NCBI RefSeq assembly: GCF_035084215.1
Contig: NC_090369.1
Coordinates: 1,674,001 to 1,738,000 of the forward strand
From: Heptranchias perlo
Taxonomy: Eukaryota
Direction: 5' to 3'
DNA: 64,000 nucleotides
Shown here: one piece after another, positions 1-13,174 of the stretch
Layout of the letters: every line of letters starts with the position of its first letter
How positions within the stretch are numbered: position 1 is the first letter of the stretch
The notes under the pieces: model-generated
Databases searched by the model: none
What the model saw: the letters and a program-made list of their open reading frames with translations, nothing else
What the model was told of the DNA's origin: nothing
Translations under genes and position numbers: made by a program

Positions 1-960
1 ATAATAACTGTGTTCAAAATAAATTGATATATATTAATGAACCGGACGTGTGTATAGAGAATATAATTTCAAAGTTTGTGGATGACACGGAACTCGGAAA
101 TGTAGCAAACAATGTGGGGGATAGTAACAGACTTCAGGAGGACATGGGCAGACTGGTGAAATGGGCAGACACATGGCAGATGAAATTTAACCCAGTGAAG
201 TGTGAAGTGATACGTTTTGGTGGGAAGAATGAGGAGAGGCAATATTAAGTAAATGGTACAATTTTAAAGGGGGAGCAGGAACACAAATCTGTGAAGGTGG
301 CAGGACAAGTTGAGAAGGCTGTTAATAAAGCCCAGGATCTGATTTTTTTTTTAATAGAGGCATAGAGTACAGAAGCAAGAAAGTTATGCTAACGCTTTAT
401 AAAACACTGGTTGGGCCTCAGCTGGAGTATTGTGTTCAGTTCTGGGCACCGCACTTTAGGAAGGATGTCAAGACCTTGGAGAGGGTGCAGAGGAGATTTA
501 CTAGAATGGTTCCAGGGATGAGGGACTTTGGTTATGTGGAGAGATCAAAGAATCTGGGATTGTTCTTAGAGCAGAGAAGGTCAAGGGAAGATTTGATACA
601 AGTGTTCAAGATCATGAATTGTTTTGATGGAGTAAATAAGGAGAAACTGTTCCCAGTGGCAGGAGGGTCCGTAACCAGAGGACACAGATTTAAGGTGATT
701 GGTGAAAAAACCAGAGGCGACATGAGGAAAGGTTATTTTACACAGCGAGCTGTAACAATGTGGAATGCACTGCCTGAAAAAGTGGTGGAAGCGGATTCAA
801 TAGTAACTTTCAAAAGGGGAATTGGATGAATACTTAAGGGAAAAAAATTACAGTGCTATGGGGAAAGAGCAGAGGAATGGGACTAACTGGATATCTCTTT
901 CAAAGAGTCGGCATGGGCACGACGGGCCAAATGGCTGCCTCCTGTGCTGGACCTACGATG
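1..960 (+). mobile_element. CR1-clade LINE, 3' fragment (RT C-terminus and 3'UTR), degenerate
   Basis: ORFs 24..248 and 386..829 carry [26 protein letters not shown] and TRGH.FK..FTQR..WN.LP motifs; broken by stops and frameshifts. Confidence 0.9.
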
Positions 961-1059
961 AAACCAAGACAATCCCACAGCCTAGCCAGTTAATCCTGTG
1001 TCATTGTGAATGCCCCTCTCCTCCACCCTCAATTCCTCACCCACAGTCTCTGTCTGCCT

Positions 1060-1480
1060 CAGTTACCGCCCCGGCACCCGGCACGGTTTTGGCGAACGTT
1101 CATCTTTTCGTCCCGCCGGAGGGGGCTGCAGTACCGACTCCGGCCAGCGAGGACTCGAGGGGGGCGCTATAGAGTTGGCGCCCATCGCGCGCTCGATTTA
1201 AACAGCGAGCGCGTGCGGTGACGGTTGGGAGCCGTCAAGATGGCGGGGTGGGGGCAAAACTGGGCGCTGGATATGGTGGTAGAGTATATTGAAGGACAAA
1301 TCGATAATTGTTTTAAAAATGGCCCATTTAGGGTGGTTTACGGGTAAAGGCTTGTGTTTCTCCCGAGCAACTGTGAGAATCTTTGGTATTTCTGGTGCCG
1401 ATCCTGACCCGGGATTTCTCATCCGCGTCCAGAATGTTCAACCCGCCTTTTCCCTTCACACCTCTGACGGGCCGGGAGTT
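1060..1480. promoter_or_regulatory. Small CpG island with YY1-like (CAAGATGGCGG) and CTCF-like (GAGGGGGGCGCTA) motifs; no gene assigned
   Basis: High CpG density in an otherwise CpG-depleted background; motifs read directly at ~1237-1247 and ~1157-1169. Confidence 0.4.
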
Positions 1481-1559
1481 TCTCTTTTATTTTATTTCAG
1501 ATTTCCAGTTCTTCCTATTCCCTCTTCCCCCCTGGCGTAAGGATGCAAGCCTGGCTCTG

Positions 1560-1730
1560 ATCATCGAATCACACAGCACAGAAGGAGGCCATTCGGCCCG
1601 TCGTGCCAGTGCTGGCTCTTTGAAAGAGCTCTCCAATTAGTCCTACTCCTCCCCTACCCTTTCCCCTGCAAATATTTCCCCTCCTTTGTATTTATCCAAT
1701 TCCCTTTTGAAAGTTATTATGGAATCTGCT
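1560..1730 (-). mobile_element. CR1 3'-end fragment
   Basis: Reverse complement of the CR1 3'UTR seen at ~800-960. Confidence 0.7.
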
Positions 1731-2394
1731 GTGATGCCCCCCATAGTTGAATATCCCACAGACTCTCCCTGTCCAGTCTTTTGCATGAAGAAGGGTCACC
1801 CTGGGGCGATCATCAGATGGTGCCCATGGAATCCCAGTAAGAGTCAATGCCTTCAGGAGCGATGGGGAGAAAGTTGGCGCAAATAGGAGGATTTACAGTT
1901 ACCCAGATCTGAACGACCCCCCTCCCCCCCGTGCTTTATTTCCGCCAAGCAACCCCCTGCTCGCAACTATAGTCTCAAGATCCCAGAGAAAGTACTGTGG
2001 TAAAACTGGACATCACAACAGTGTCACTCAGCAGCCCGGAGGGTAAGTGCACCCGAAAATGGTGCTTAAAACTATTCAATTCACCAGCCTGGACAATGCT
2101 AATTTTTATTATACAGTTAGAATACACTAGCGAGCCTCTCATGGCATTGCTCACGGTAACTCAGATGAAACAGGTTCAGATTCTAAGAATCGTCATCTAT
2201 AATGTAGTTTTAAAATTTACATCTGCGCACAGTTCCTGCCTACAAAACTTTACTTCCTATTGTCATGTTTTGGTCACAACATAATGTCAAAGTCTTCCTA
2301 TTACAAATTCCCAATGCCCACATTTATAATGGGAACTGGCTATGTGAACCTCCCCACCAGTGCACTGGTTAAAAATTCATTTCCATTTCCACAC

Positions 2395-2490
2395 CGTTCA
2401 CCTGAGGAAGGAGGAAGCCTCCGAAAGCTTGTGGAATTTAAAATAAATTTGTTGGACTATAACTTGGTGTTGTAAAATTGTTTACAACTG
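2395..2490 (+). mobile_element. Penelope-like element terminal fragment
   Basis: CCTGAGGAAGG...CCGAAAGCTTG...AATAAA...TTGGTGTTGT pattern typical of Penelope termini. Confidence 0.45.
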
Positions 2491-4047
2491 GTTAAAAATG
2501 CCTTTACTATATAGTCAATCTGGAATTGCACCTTGGGAGACAAAACCAAGCATTCAGATGAAGTGGGGTTATGTGCCAAGAGATAGTTGAACCAGGGCTC
2601 ACTGACATAATTCAGTCCCTATAAAGTCACCCATTCTGTCCTTATTTTTATACAATGCTATTGTTATAAATGGTTAAATAGGAAAATCATTAACAATGTT
2701 ATTCAAATGGTTAAATAGGAAAACTTAGTTATTGCGAAGCACAGAAGTAGAGGTGGTTGGTGCATGGCTGAGCAGCTGGGAGATTCAAAACTGAGGCACG
2801 ACGGCAGCACCAATGCTTTGTGATTTTTCTAAAATGGATCGCTGGTAATTCTCTAGTCAGGGTCGAGCCAATGCATATCCATGGCTGGTATGCAGATGTC
2901 ACTTCAAAGGGAGCTGTCAGACCTCTGTTTATGTGGATTGGGGGACACTAAGTTCTCCCAGAAATATTGATACTGATCACCATGCTATCAATTGCTTATA
3001 TTTCCACCTAGGACATTTGCAAATGTCCCATCAGGAAGTCCTGTGAGCAAGGTTCTTACAGTTTGACTGTCTCTGAAATTACTTGTCTGGTTTCTCGTAC
3101 ACAGCCCTGATGCTTGTAAAACCTAATTTGATTGGCTGTTCTGGAGCTGCAACGTGTGCTTTTCATTGGGTTAACGTTGATTATTTGTGAACGACATCTG
3201 ACTATTTTCCCTTTGTACCAGTCTGGGATGAAAAGGAAGACAATCATGTGATTAGAACTGATGCCTCACATTCCCTGGTTCCCTTTTTGCTGAATTGCTA
3301 TATAGGCCAAAGCTGACTAAGGACTCCATAATGTTCGTTTCTCATGTAATCCCTGTTCATCGATGACACGAGGTCCAAATTGTAACTTTAAAATCCTGCA
3401 GAAACCTGGTTAATTATCTCATTCTTTGAGAAATTTTGCTGTGTGAACAGTGGCTGTCACAGATGCCGACATAACAGCAGTCACTTTAAAGTCTCTCTCT
3501 AGCTCTCTCTTTCACCCCCCCCCCCCCCCCACTCATCTTCTTGTGTGCCCCCTACAATGTGAAGTGAAGTGAAAGCTGAAGTAATCAGTCCTGCTGTCAG
3601 CCAGTACTAACTTTTCCTTGCTTAGGCCTCTCACTAGATGGCAGTATGTGATTGAAAATGCCATTATTAGTTGGAACTGGCCTCCCCACGATCAACACTG
3701 TGCCTCTCACCAGTACCACGTTCTTTTTGTGTGTCGTAGATTCAGGGAAAACACCCGAACAAACCCAGTCCACATTCTAAAAGGAAGTAGCTACAAGGAA
3801 GAAACAAATATTAATAAAAGCACAGCAACATTCAGACCTCAAAATGGGAACAAAGTCCATTCTCCCCCAGAAGTGACAGAGAGAAGTGTCAAAAGCATTA
3901 CGGAAAGTGGGGCCGATTGTACCATGATTTGGCGTGACTGTGAGCTCAGACACGGGGTGCTGAATTTGTGCCTCCTGTTCACCAGAAATAAAAAAAACAG
4001 AATATACTGGAAATATGCAACACCTTACTCAACAACTGTAAACAGAA

Positions 4048-4527
4048 AACAACAACAGCTTACATTTATATAGCGCCTTTAACGTAGTAAAACATCCCAC
4101 CGTACTTTACGGGAGTGTAATCAGACAAAAAAATTGACACCGAGACAAAGAAGCAGATATTAGGACAGGTGACCAAAAGATTGACCTTAGAGGTAGGATG
4201 TTAAAGGAAGAGAGAGAGGTGCAGAGGTTTAGGGAGGGAATTCCAGAGCTTAGACGGCTGAAGACACAGCCGCCAATGGTAAGGTGAAGGAAATTGGGGT
4301 TGCACAAGAGGCCAGAATTGGAGGAGCACAGAGGTCTCGGAGGGTTGTAGGGCTGGAGGTGCTTACAGAACTAGGGAGGGGCGAGGCCATGGAGGGATTT
4401 GAACAGGATGAGAATTTTAAATTTGATGCATTGCCGGACTGAGAGCCAATGTAGCGAGCAAAGGGGTGATGGGTGAACGGGACTTGGTGCGAGTTAGGAT
4501 ATGGGCAGCAGAGTTTTGGATGAGTTG
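4048..4527 (-). mobile_element. L2-clade LINE 3' fragment
   Basis: (TTG)n tail and GCTATATAAATG end on the minus strand; translates to QLIQNSAAHILTRTKSRSPITP. Confidence 0.8.
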
Positions 4528-5186
4528 GGTTAATTGTGAGATGGGATAATTAAAAGATGTACCATTTATGATGTAACCATGTTCTACCCCACCTAGAGGT
4601 TCTGGGCCTTGGCCTCTACTGAGTGCGGGTGGGGAAGATGGTACACAGATACTAATTCCCTCCCCACCCCCTCCATCCCGTAGTGTCATATTAACTAGTT
4701 GGATAAAGCACATCTGAGTAGCAAAATTAAACAGCGTTTGCTGAAATTACTTTATCCTCTTAAAGACGGAGCTCAGCCTTTGTTACTTTTATGCAATCTG
4801 ATCGATCACCTAAAGAGTTGTTTGGTCTCAGAAAAATGACATGTAGACCAATCAGAACTAGGTGAAGACAGAGCACTCAGCCTCTCTGCTTTGACCAACC
4901 TAATCTGACCTACTTGTTAATTGATTAAAATATGACAGAAGGAAACATGTACTCATAAGTTAATTGGATCAGAAATTCCCTCATATCTTTTGAAATGTTA
5001 ATTGCATGCAGAACTTGCAGATGTTTGACAATCCTCCGAGGTTGTTCTCATAGTGAAACTATTTGTTATGTAAGTCAGGTGTTAATAGAATGGTAGAAAG
5101 TCTGCCCTTCACATTCTATCTACCTGAACGGTAAAATTGATTACCTGCCATTGTGATCCTGTGTGTTGTATTCTGCCTGGGAGTCA

Positions 5187-6280
5187 ATAACAACAACAGC
5201 TTGCATTTATATAGCACCTTTAACATAGTAAAACATCCCAAGGTGCTTCACAGGAGCGTAATCAGACAAAAATTTATACCAAACCAAAGAAGGAGAAATT
5301 AGGATAGGTGACCAAAAGCTTGGTCAAAGAGGTAGATTTTAAGCAGCACCTTAAAGTAGGAGAGCGAGAGGTGGAGAGGTTTAGGGAGGGATTTCCTGAG
5401 CTTAAGGCCTAGACGCTGAAGGCACGATCACCAATAGTGGGGCAAAAGTGGAGAGTGGGGGGGGGATGCACAAGAGGCCAGAATTCAAGGATCGCAGAGC
5501 TCTGGGGGGGTTGTAGGGCTGGAGGAGGTTACAGAAATAGGTAGTGGCGAATGTCATGGAGGGATTTGAACACGAGGATGAGAATTTTAAAATTGAGGCG
5601 TTAGTGGACCAGAAGCCAATGTAGGTCAGTGAGCAAAGGGGTGATAGGTGAACAGGACTTGGTGCAAATTAGGATAAAGGCAGCAGAGTTTTGAATGAGC
5701 TCACATTTACAGAGGGTGAATGATGGGAGGCCGGCCAGGAGAGCATTGGAATAGTCGCGTTTGGAGGTACCAAAAGCATGTGTGAGGTTTTCAACAGATG
5801 GCGGAGACAGGCAATATTATGGAGATGGAAGTATGTGGTCTTGGTGGGAGAGGATATGGGGTCAGAAGCTCAGCTCAGGGTCAAACAGGACGCCGAGGTT
5901 GCAAATGGTCTGGTTCAGCCTGAGACAGTGGCCAGGAGGTGGGATGGAATCGGTGGTTATGGGTTGAGGTTGTGGTGGTGACCGAAGACAATCGCTTTGG
6001 TCTTCCCAACATTTAATTGGACCGAATGTGAGACAAGCAGTCTGACAACACAGAGACAGTGGATGGGTCGAGAGAAGTGGTGGTGAGGTAGAGCTGGGTG
6101 TTGTCAGCGTACATGTGGAACCAGCTGTGTTTTTGGATGATGTCGCCAAGGGGCAGCATGTGGATGAGAAATAGGAGGGGGGAGGGGGGGACAAGAACAC
6201 ATCTAGAGGTAACAGGTCGAGAAGAGAAACCATTGCAGAAGATTCTCTGGCTATGACTGGATAGGTAACAGTGGAACCAG
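5187..6280 (-). mobile_element. L2-clade LINE 3' fragment (RT)
   Basis: FHMYADNTQLY and NLGVLFDPELSF RT motifs; same 3' tail as 4048-4527. Confidence 0.85.
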
Positions 6281-7359
6281 AATGACATGTTTGGAAAATG
6301 AAAATATCGTACTGTCGAGGTCAGGGTATAAACGCACTGAGACAATAGTGTGGAGCTTTACTCTGCGTCTAAACAATGCTATATCTGACCTAGAAACACG
6401 ATGCTGACACCGGATGACAAAATTGGAAGAATGGCTCCTTCCCCAACGCTAATCTCACTCACTCTGATGATCACTAAATTCACTCAATGGACTATCATAT
6501 AACAGGTAAGTTCCAGTAAACAATGGACCATTAACACCAGGAAGGATCAAATTGACAGTTCTAAACCACACCTTGCATACCACAGAGAAAAATAGACTGA
6601 TCCTGTCTTGTAACAATGTTATTCTGACTCTGTTGGAATCTGAGTTTCCAATAACCGTATTAGATCACAGTATTATTAGCTAGTGCTTAACACCAAAAAA
6701 TAAATCTTTGCCAACTAATTGGACCAAGTGAAGCAAGATTTAACATATGATATAATCAATTCATTTTCCCTGCACCATGAGTTCCTCACAGGGACTTTCC
6801 ACAAGTTATTTACACTCTAAAACCAGTTGGCTTCGCAAACCTTCCATCAAACTAGCGTGGGTGTCTGTCATTCAATGGAACGCAACTCAAATAACAATAC
6901 TTGTTGTCACAGGATGGAGTTCAGTCAAGATCATGGATGATATTCCAGCCACTGAGTCCTCAGCAGCTGCTCAATGGGAAAAGCAGCAATTGGTATTCTA
7001 TAACCAACAGCTAGGATCTCCACCTGATGTCACTTTGCTCTCTGTGGAGAACTCTCTGGCTTTTGTGGAACCCTTCCACATATTAACATAGTTAAGATGA
7101 TCATTTACAATTATATCTTATGTCCCACAGTAACCATTAAGTAGGTACTGTGGCTCTTAAATATACTGTGCTGGGCCTTAGAAGCAATTTATCTTCATGG
7201 ATCAATGCTGGGGACATTAGCAATTTGTAACTCAGAAGGATGGATTGCAGATACGAGCTAGTATATTGTTGGGAAATTGAACAGGTATCGCGGAAGACAG
7301 TGGGCTGCATTCTCTGAGACCTAAGTTAGAATTGAGCCCAGACTGATGTGGTGAAAGTG

Positions 7360-9590
7360 TTCTTGCCCACTCACCCAATTTGTCTAAATCACATTGGAGC
7401 CTTTTTGCATCCTCCTCACAGCTCACATTCCACCCCAGCTTTGTGTCGTCTACAAACTTGGAAATGTTACATTCCGTTCCCTCATCCAAATCATTGATAT
7501 ATATCGTGAATAGCTGGGGCCAAAGCACTGATCCCTGCAGTACCCCACTAGTCACTGCCTGCCACCTGGAAAAAGACCCGTTTATTCCTACTCTCTGTTT
7601 CCTGTCTGTCAACCAATTCTCAATCCATGCCAGTATATTCCTCCCCAATCCCATGTGCTTTAATTTTGCACACTAACCTCTTGTGTGCGACCTTATCAAA
7701 AGCCTTCTGAAAATCAAAGTACACCACATCCACTGGTTCTCCCCTATCTATTCTACTAGTTACCTCCTCAAAAAACTCCAGTAGATTTGTTAAGCATGAT
7801 TTCCCTTTCATAAACCCATGCTGACTTTTTCCAATCCCGTTAATGCCTTCCAAGTGTTCTGTTATCACATCCTTTATAATAGACTCTAGCATTTTCCCCA
7901 CTACTGATGTTAGGCTAACTGGTCTGTAATTCCCTGTTTTTTCTCTCCCTCCTTTTTTAAATAGTGGGGTTACATTTGCCACCCTCCAATCTGTAGGAAC
8001 TGTTCCAGAGTCTATAGAATTTTGGAAGATGACCACCAATGCATCCACTATTTCCAGGGCCACTTCCTTGAGTACTCTGGGATCTAGATTATCAGGCCCT
8101 GGGGATTTGTCAGCCTTTAGCCCCATTAATTTCCCTAGCACTTTTTTACTAATACTGATTTCTTTCAGTTCCTCCCTCTCACTAGACCCTTGGTTCCCTA
8201 ACATTTCCGGGAGGTTATTTGTGTCTTCCTTTGTGAAGACAGAACCAAAGTATGTGTTTAATTGTTCTGCCATTTCTTTGTTCCCCATTATAATTTCCCC
8301 CATTTCTGACTGTAAGGGAGCTACATTTGTCTTCACTAATCTTTTTCTCTTGACATATTTATAGAAGCTTTTACAGTCAGTTTTTATGTTCCCTGCTAGT
8401 TTACTCTCATACTCTATTTTCCCCTCTTAATCAATCTCTTTGTTCTCCTTTGCTGAATTCTAAACTGCTCCCAATCCTCAGGCTTGCAGCTTTTTCTGGC
8501 AATTTTATATGTCTCCTCTTTGGATCTAATACTATCCCTAATTTCTTTTGTAAGCCACGGTTGAGCCACCTTTCCTCTTTTATTTTTGCGCCAGACAGAA
8601 ATGAATAATTGTTGTAATTCCTGCACACGTTCTTTAAATATTAGCCATTGCCTATCCACCGTCATTCCTTTTAGTAAAGTTCCCCAATCTATCCTAACCA
8701 ACTCACACCTCATACTTTCGTAATTTCCTTTATTTAGATCAGGATCCTAGTTTCGGATTCCACTACTTCACTCTCCATCTTAATGAGGAATTCTGTCATG
8801 TTATGGTCGCTCTTTCCTAAGGGACCCCGCACAACAAGATTGTTAATTAATCCTTTCTCATTGCACAATACCCAGTCTAGGATCACCTGTTCACTCGTTG
8901 GTTCCTCAATGTATTGGTCTAGAAAACCGTCACATACACACTCCAGGAATTCCTCCCCCACAGTATTATTGCTAATTTGGTTTGACCAATCTATATGTAA
9001 ATTAAAGTCACCCATGATTATAGTTGTACCCTTCTTGCATGCGTCTCTAATTTCCTGTTTAATGCCCTCCCCGACATCTCCACTACTGTTTGGGGGCCTA
9101 TAGACAACCCCCACCAACGTTTTCTGCCCCTTGGTGTTTCTTAGCTCCACCCATACAGATTCCACATCGTGATTTTCCGAGCCAATATCCTTCCTCACTA
9201 TTGCATTGATTTCCTCCTTTACGAACAATGCTACCCCACCTCCTTTCCCTTTTTGCATGTTCTTACTAAATATTGAATACCCTGGATGTTCAGTTCCCAT
9301 CCTTGGTCACCCTGCAGCCATGTCTCCATTATCGCAACTATATCATAACCGTTAATATCTATCTGTGCTGTTAATTCATCTACCTTATTGCGAATGCTCC
9401 GCGCATTAAGACACAATGCCTTTAGACTTGTCTTTTTAAGATTGCTAGTCATCTTAGTATTATTTTGCACAATGGCCCTATTTGTTTTTCGCCCTTGTTT
9501 TCTCTGCCTTCCACTATTGCTTCTTCCCTTTCTGTCTTTTGTTTCTATCCTTGTTTCCTCCTCCTCTGTCTTCCGGCTCAGTTCCCATCA
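7360..9590 (-). mobile_element. CR1 LINE ORF2 (APE endonuclease plus RT), frameshifted and 3'-truncated
   Basis: ORFs 9231..9470, 8734..9300, 8414..8713, 7620..8336 and 7232..7654 carry NARSIRNK, GVVYRPP, MGDFN, SDHN, KSPGPD, NYRPVSLTS, QHGF, DFQKAFD, QGSVL.P and KFVDDTK. Confidence 0.95.
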
Positions 9591-9619
9591 GTTGAGGTTC
9601 CTGCTCCTGCTCTCCATCC

Positions 9620-9835
9620 AGTAAACCCCCTGGAAAAACGTCACATTGATGTCAGGCGAGGACACCATTGTGCTCAGCTGTGATGTCCCTGTTGTCAAAT
9701 AGGTTCCAGACACTCACTGTCTCGGCTCACACAGAAGAATGGGCACTTGGGCAAGGTACCACAGGGCAGTTGGTGGGTGTGGAGCTGTACCTGAGAACTA
9801 GTCAGCACCTTCAGGAGAAGAAGGGAGAGAACTGA
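9620..9835 (+). mobile_element. MER131-like SINE fragment; related copies at ~26485-26650, 31400-31700(-), 33735-33990(-), 37780-38075, 46860-47125 and 57480-57650(-)
   Basis: Shared GAATGGCCACTTGG...GTCAGCACCTTCAGGAGA and TACAATTGGCCTCAGTGCC blocks across copies; family name is from memory of the consensus. Confidence 0.55.
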
Positions 9836-11874
9836 AGGGAGCAAGAACACCCCAGAAAACTAAACTCCAACCTTTTAATAAGATCCTGATGGTATCTCTC
9901 CTAGTTTCCTCCAGATGTGTACTATGATCTTACCCCTGTCCTTTGCCACCTCTTCAGTCTCTCCTGTTCTCAGTCCAACTTTGTTTCTCCTTGGAAATTT
10001 GCTTACGTTCATCACTTCAAACTAGTTCATTCTATGAAATGAATTTGAGATGTGTAAATACACGTCTTTCTTTATCATGCTGAGGGAGGCAGGGCTGGGA
10101 TGGTGTGGGTGCTTGCTGGTGTTAGGATTTGATGGTCGGGAGTTTAAGCAGTTCAGAATTTTTGTTCTCAGCGTGGAATCACTAATCTTTTTGATGGGTA
10201 TATTGTGGGAGTATTACAATGTATTCAGTCAGTTGTAGGCTGACTATATATGGGCTGGCAGTTCCTGTTCATGTGATCCATATGTGCCCAGAGGCCGGTT
10301 TGGGTTTTTTTGTATCGATAGACACAATATTTTAATAAATATATTGTACCCTAATTTTCTTGGTCATTTGTGTAATATATTGGTAATATTATATTGAGAA
10401 TGCTCTGGGATCATTACACACTGTTACATCAGCAATTTACAGGTTGTATCCAAGCACATAACAGGCTTGAACCAGTAGTTGTAGAGTGAATGCACTAAAA
10501 GATCCATCTCCATATCTACTTGCAGCCTCTGTGTAGTTTCCTAGCACATTGAGTTGCCACCCCATTGTATATTGATGTTCTTGCAAAGATATTGTCAGTA
10601 AGGGCGGAGAACTTCAGTCGAGTTTGATCACAGGGTCTTGAGTCAAACACTCTGATCAAAAACAAAATATGAATGCATCAGCCGATGATCTAAACCTCAG
10701 ACCCACTAAAAGTTGTTGGACATTTTTGGACGTGAAGTTTAAGATTCCCTCATTACTTGTGTAATTAAGACTGTGTGAAGTTTAAGGGTAGATGAGGAGG
10801 TTTTTGATGAATTAGATATAATTTAACTCAATGAGTAGAACTTGGGTTGTAAATGCCATGAGTTGCCACAGAGGCACTTAAAATGCCCAATTTTTAAAAG
10901 GAGTTTGTCTTCGACTCGGTGCTGACTATGGGAACCCACAGGAAGATTTTACCATTCATCATCTTGTCATTAACAGACAAGGGTCGCACAGTTCAGATCA
11001 CACCCTCTGCCTACTCTTGTAAGGAGGCTTCAGGTATTTGAGCTAACGTGAAACAGATATCGCTATCTACTCTGAAGGGTTAAAGAAACAATAATTTCCC
11101 AAGGACTGAGTCTTGAGTTTCACGAGCACATGGGGATTTCCACAGTTACAAGGAAATAAAGCAGAGTAGTGTGAGCTAAGGTAGATGCATAAACAGAATC
11201 TATGTGGAAAGGGATTTAGAAATGGCACCTGTACCCTGTACTGAAAGCTGTAGGTGAAACCCCGGTGTCCTGGCCAACATTCCAATCTCAACCAACACCA
11301 CCAAAAGCAGATTATTTGGTCATTTATCTCATTTGCCCTTTGTGGGACAATCAGTCTAGCACAGGCGAGTAGAGGGATCGAGCGAGGTGGTAGAAAGGTA
11401 GAACTTGGCATCGTCAGCATGCTTCAGCATTAGTTATGACATCAGATACTTCACCCAGCAGGTGTCATTGCCCAAGAAACCAGAAGCATAGTAGAATTCT
11501 GTTTATTGGTCACTTTTAGTGAATATACAAGGCGATTTCCCCAGTTCCTTTTTAAGTATTTTGACTACAATCCAACAACACCACCAACATACTATGAATC
11601 CCCGATTAGTATTTAATATTATATTCAGTTGGACAGAATAACCCATAAACATCCTGCAGGTGAAGTTAAATGGTTTGTCTTCTCCTAACGAAATCTAATC
11701 TGGAGAAAAAACAGACAGGAAAAATGTTTGTTATATCATCTATCTTGAAAATAAAACTGCAGTAAGGATATTTTAATGGTGGTCAGTGTATGTTGTACAA
11801 TGTGATGGACACTGCTGCTGGGTGACAGAATATTTTCACACTCATTGTTAGAATCAAATATCCCCGGGTTAAAT

Positions 11875-12610
11875 ACAGCACGGGTTAGATACAGAGTAAA
11901 GCTCCCTCCACACTGTCCCATCAAACACTCCCAGGGCAGGTACAGGGTTAGATACAGAGTAAAGCTCCCTCCACACTGTCCCATCAAACACTCCCAGGGC
12001 AGGTACAGGGTGAGATACAGAGTAATCTCCCTCTACACTGTCCCATCAAACACTCCCAGGGCAGGTACAGGGTTAGATACAGAGTAAAGCTCCCTCTACA
12101 CTGTCCCATCAAACACTCCCAGGGCAGGTACAGGGTTGGATACAGAGTAAAGCTCCCTCTACACTGTCCCATCAAACACTCCCAGGGCAGGTACAGGGTT
12201 AGATACAGAGTAAAGCTCCCTCTACACTGTCCCATCAAACACTCCCAGGGCAGGTACAGGGTTAGATACAGAGTAAAGCTCCCTCTACACTGTCCCATCA
12301 AACACTCCCAGGGCAGGTACAGGGTTAGATACAGAGTAAAGCTCCCTCTACACTGTCCCATCAAACACTCCCAGGGCAGGTACAGGGTTAGATACAGAGT
12401 AAAGCTCCCTCTACACTGTCCCATCAAACACTCCCAGGGCAGGTACAGGGTTAGATACAGAGTAAAGCTCCCTCTACACTGTCCCATCAAACACTCCCAG
12501 GGCAGGTACAGGGTTAGATACAGAGTAAAGCTCCCTCTACACTGTCCCATCAAATACTCCCAGGACAGGTACAGGGTTGGATACAGAGTAAAGCTCCCTC
12601 TACACTGTTG
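11875..12610. repeat. Minisatellite, 63-bp unit, about 11.5 copies
   Basis: Unit GGGTTAGATACAGAGTAAAGCTCCCTCTACACTGTCCCATCAAACACTCCCAGGGCAGGTACA; gives the 21-aa periodic ORF 11984..12616. Confidence 0.95.
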
Positions 12611-13174
12611 CATCAATATGGGTTACCAGCCCCTACTGCAAATGGTGATATTGCCAAATTCCTACACCAATCTTCATTAAGGCCTCTTTGAGTGTTACTG
12701 ACAATTTATTGCCAATTTATCTTGAATTCTTCGCAATGTTGTGCTGTGGACTTGCGTCCATTAGGCAGTGGATCTGAAATTTCTCTGTCTCTGATTATGG
12801 GGTTAATCTACAGCACTTAAATGTGTGCTTGGTTGCTTTAATATGGACAGTTGAACACTGTCTTGCAGGCAAGTGTACTGTGCCAAGACACCTGATCGTG
12901 ATCAGGGGTAGTGTTTGGTTAACAGTAACATGTTGGTTAAAGTTAATAGAATTTTCAGTGGAATTAATTACTCATACCTTTGACAGCGAAGTTTCCATCC
13001 TACATCACAAAATCATTGTGTGCGGAACTGTCCAGTACAAAGATTTCCTCGCCTGTAAAATAATTTATGAAACATGTTGAAGCCATCACTTTATAAATGC
13101 CAATAGAAACTAGATCATTTAGAGAATGAGGAAACAGATCAGAGTCACAGGGAAAAAAAACAAAGAAATGTGTC

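Noticed and set aside
11984-12616. 210-aa ORF with a 21-aa repeat
   Set aside because: Translation of the 63-bp minisatellite; no splice or domain support.
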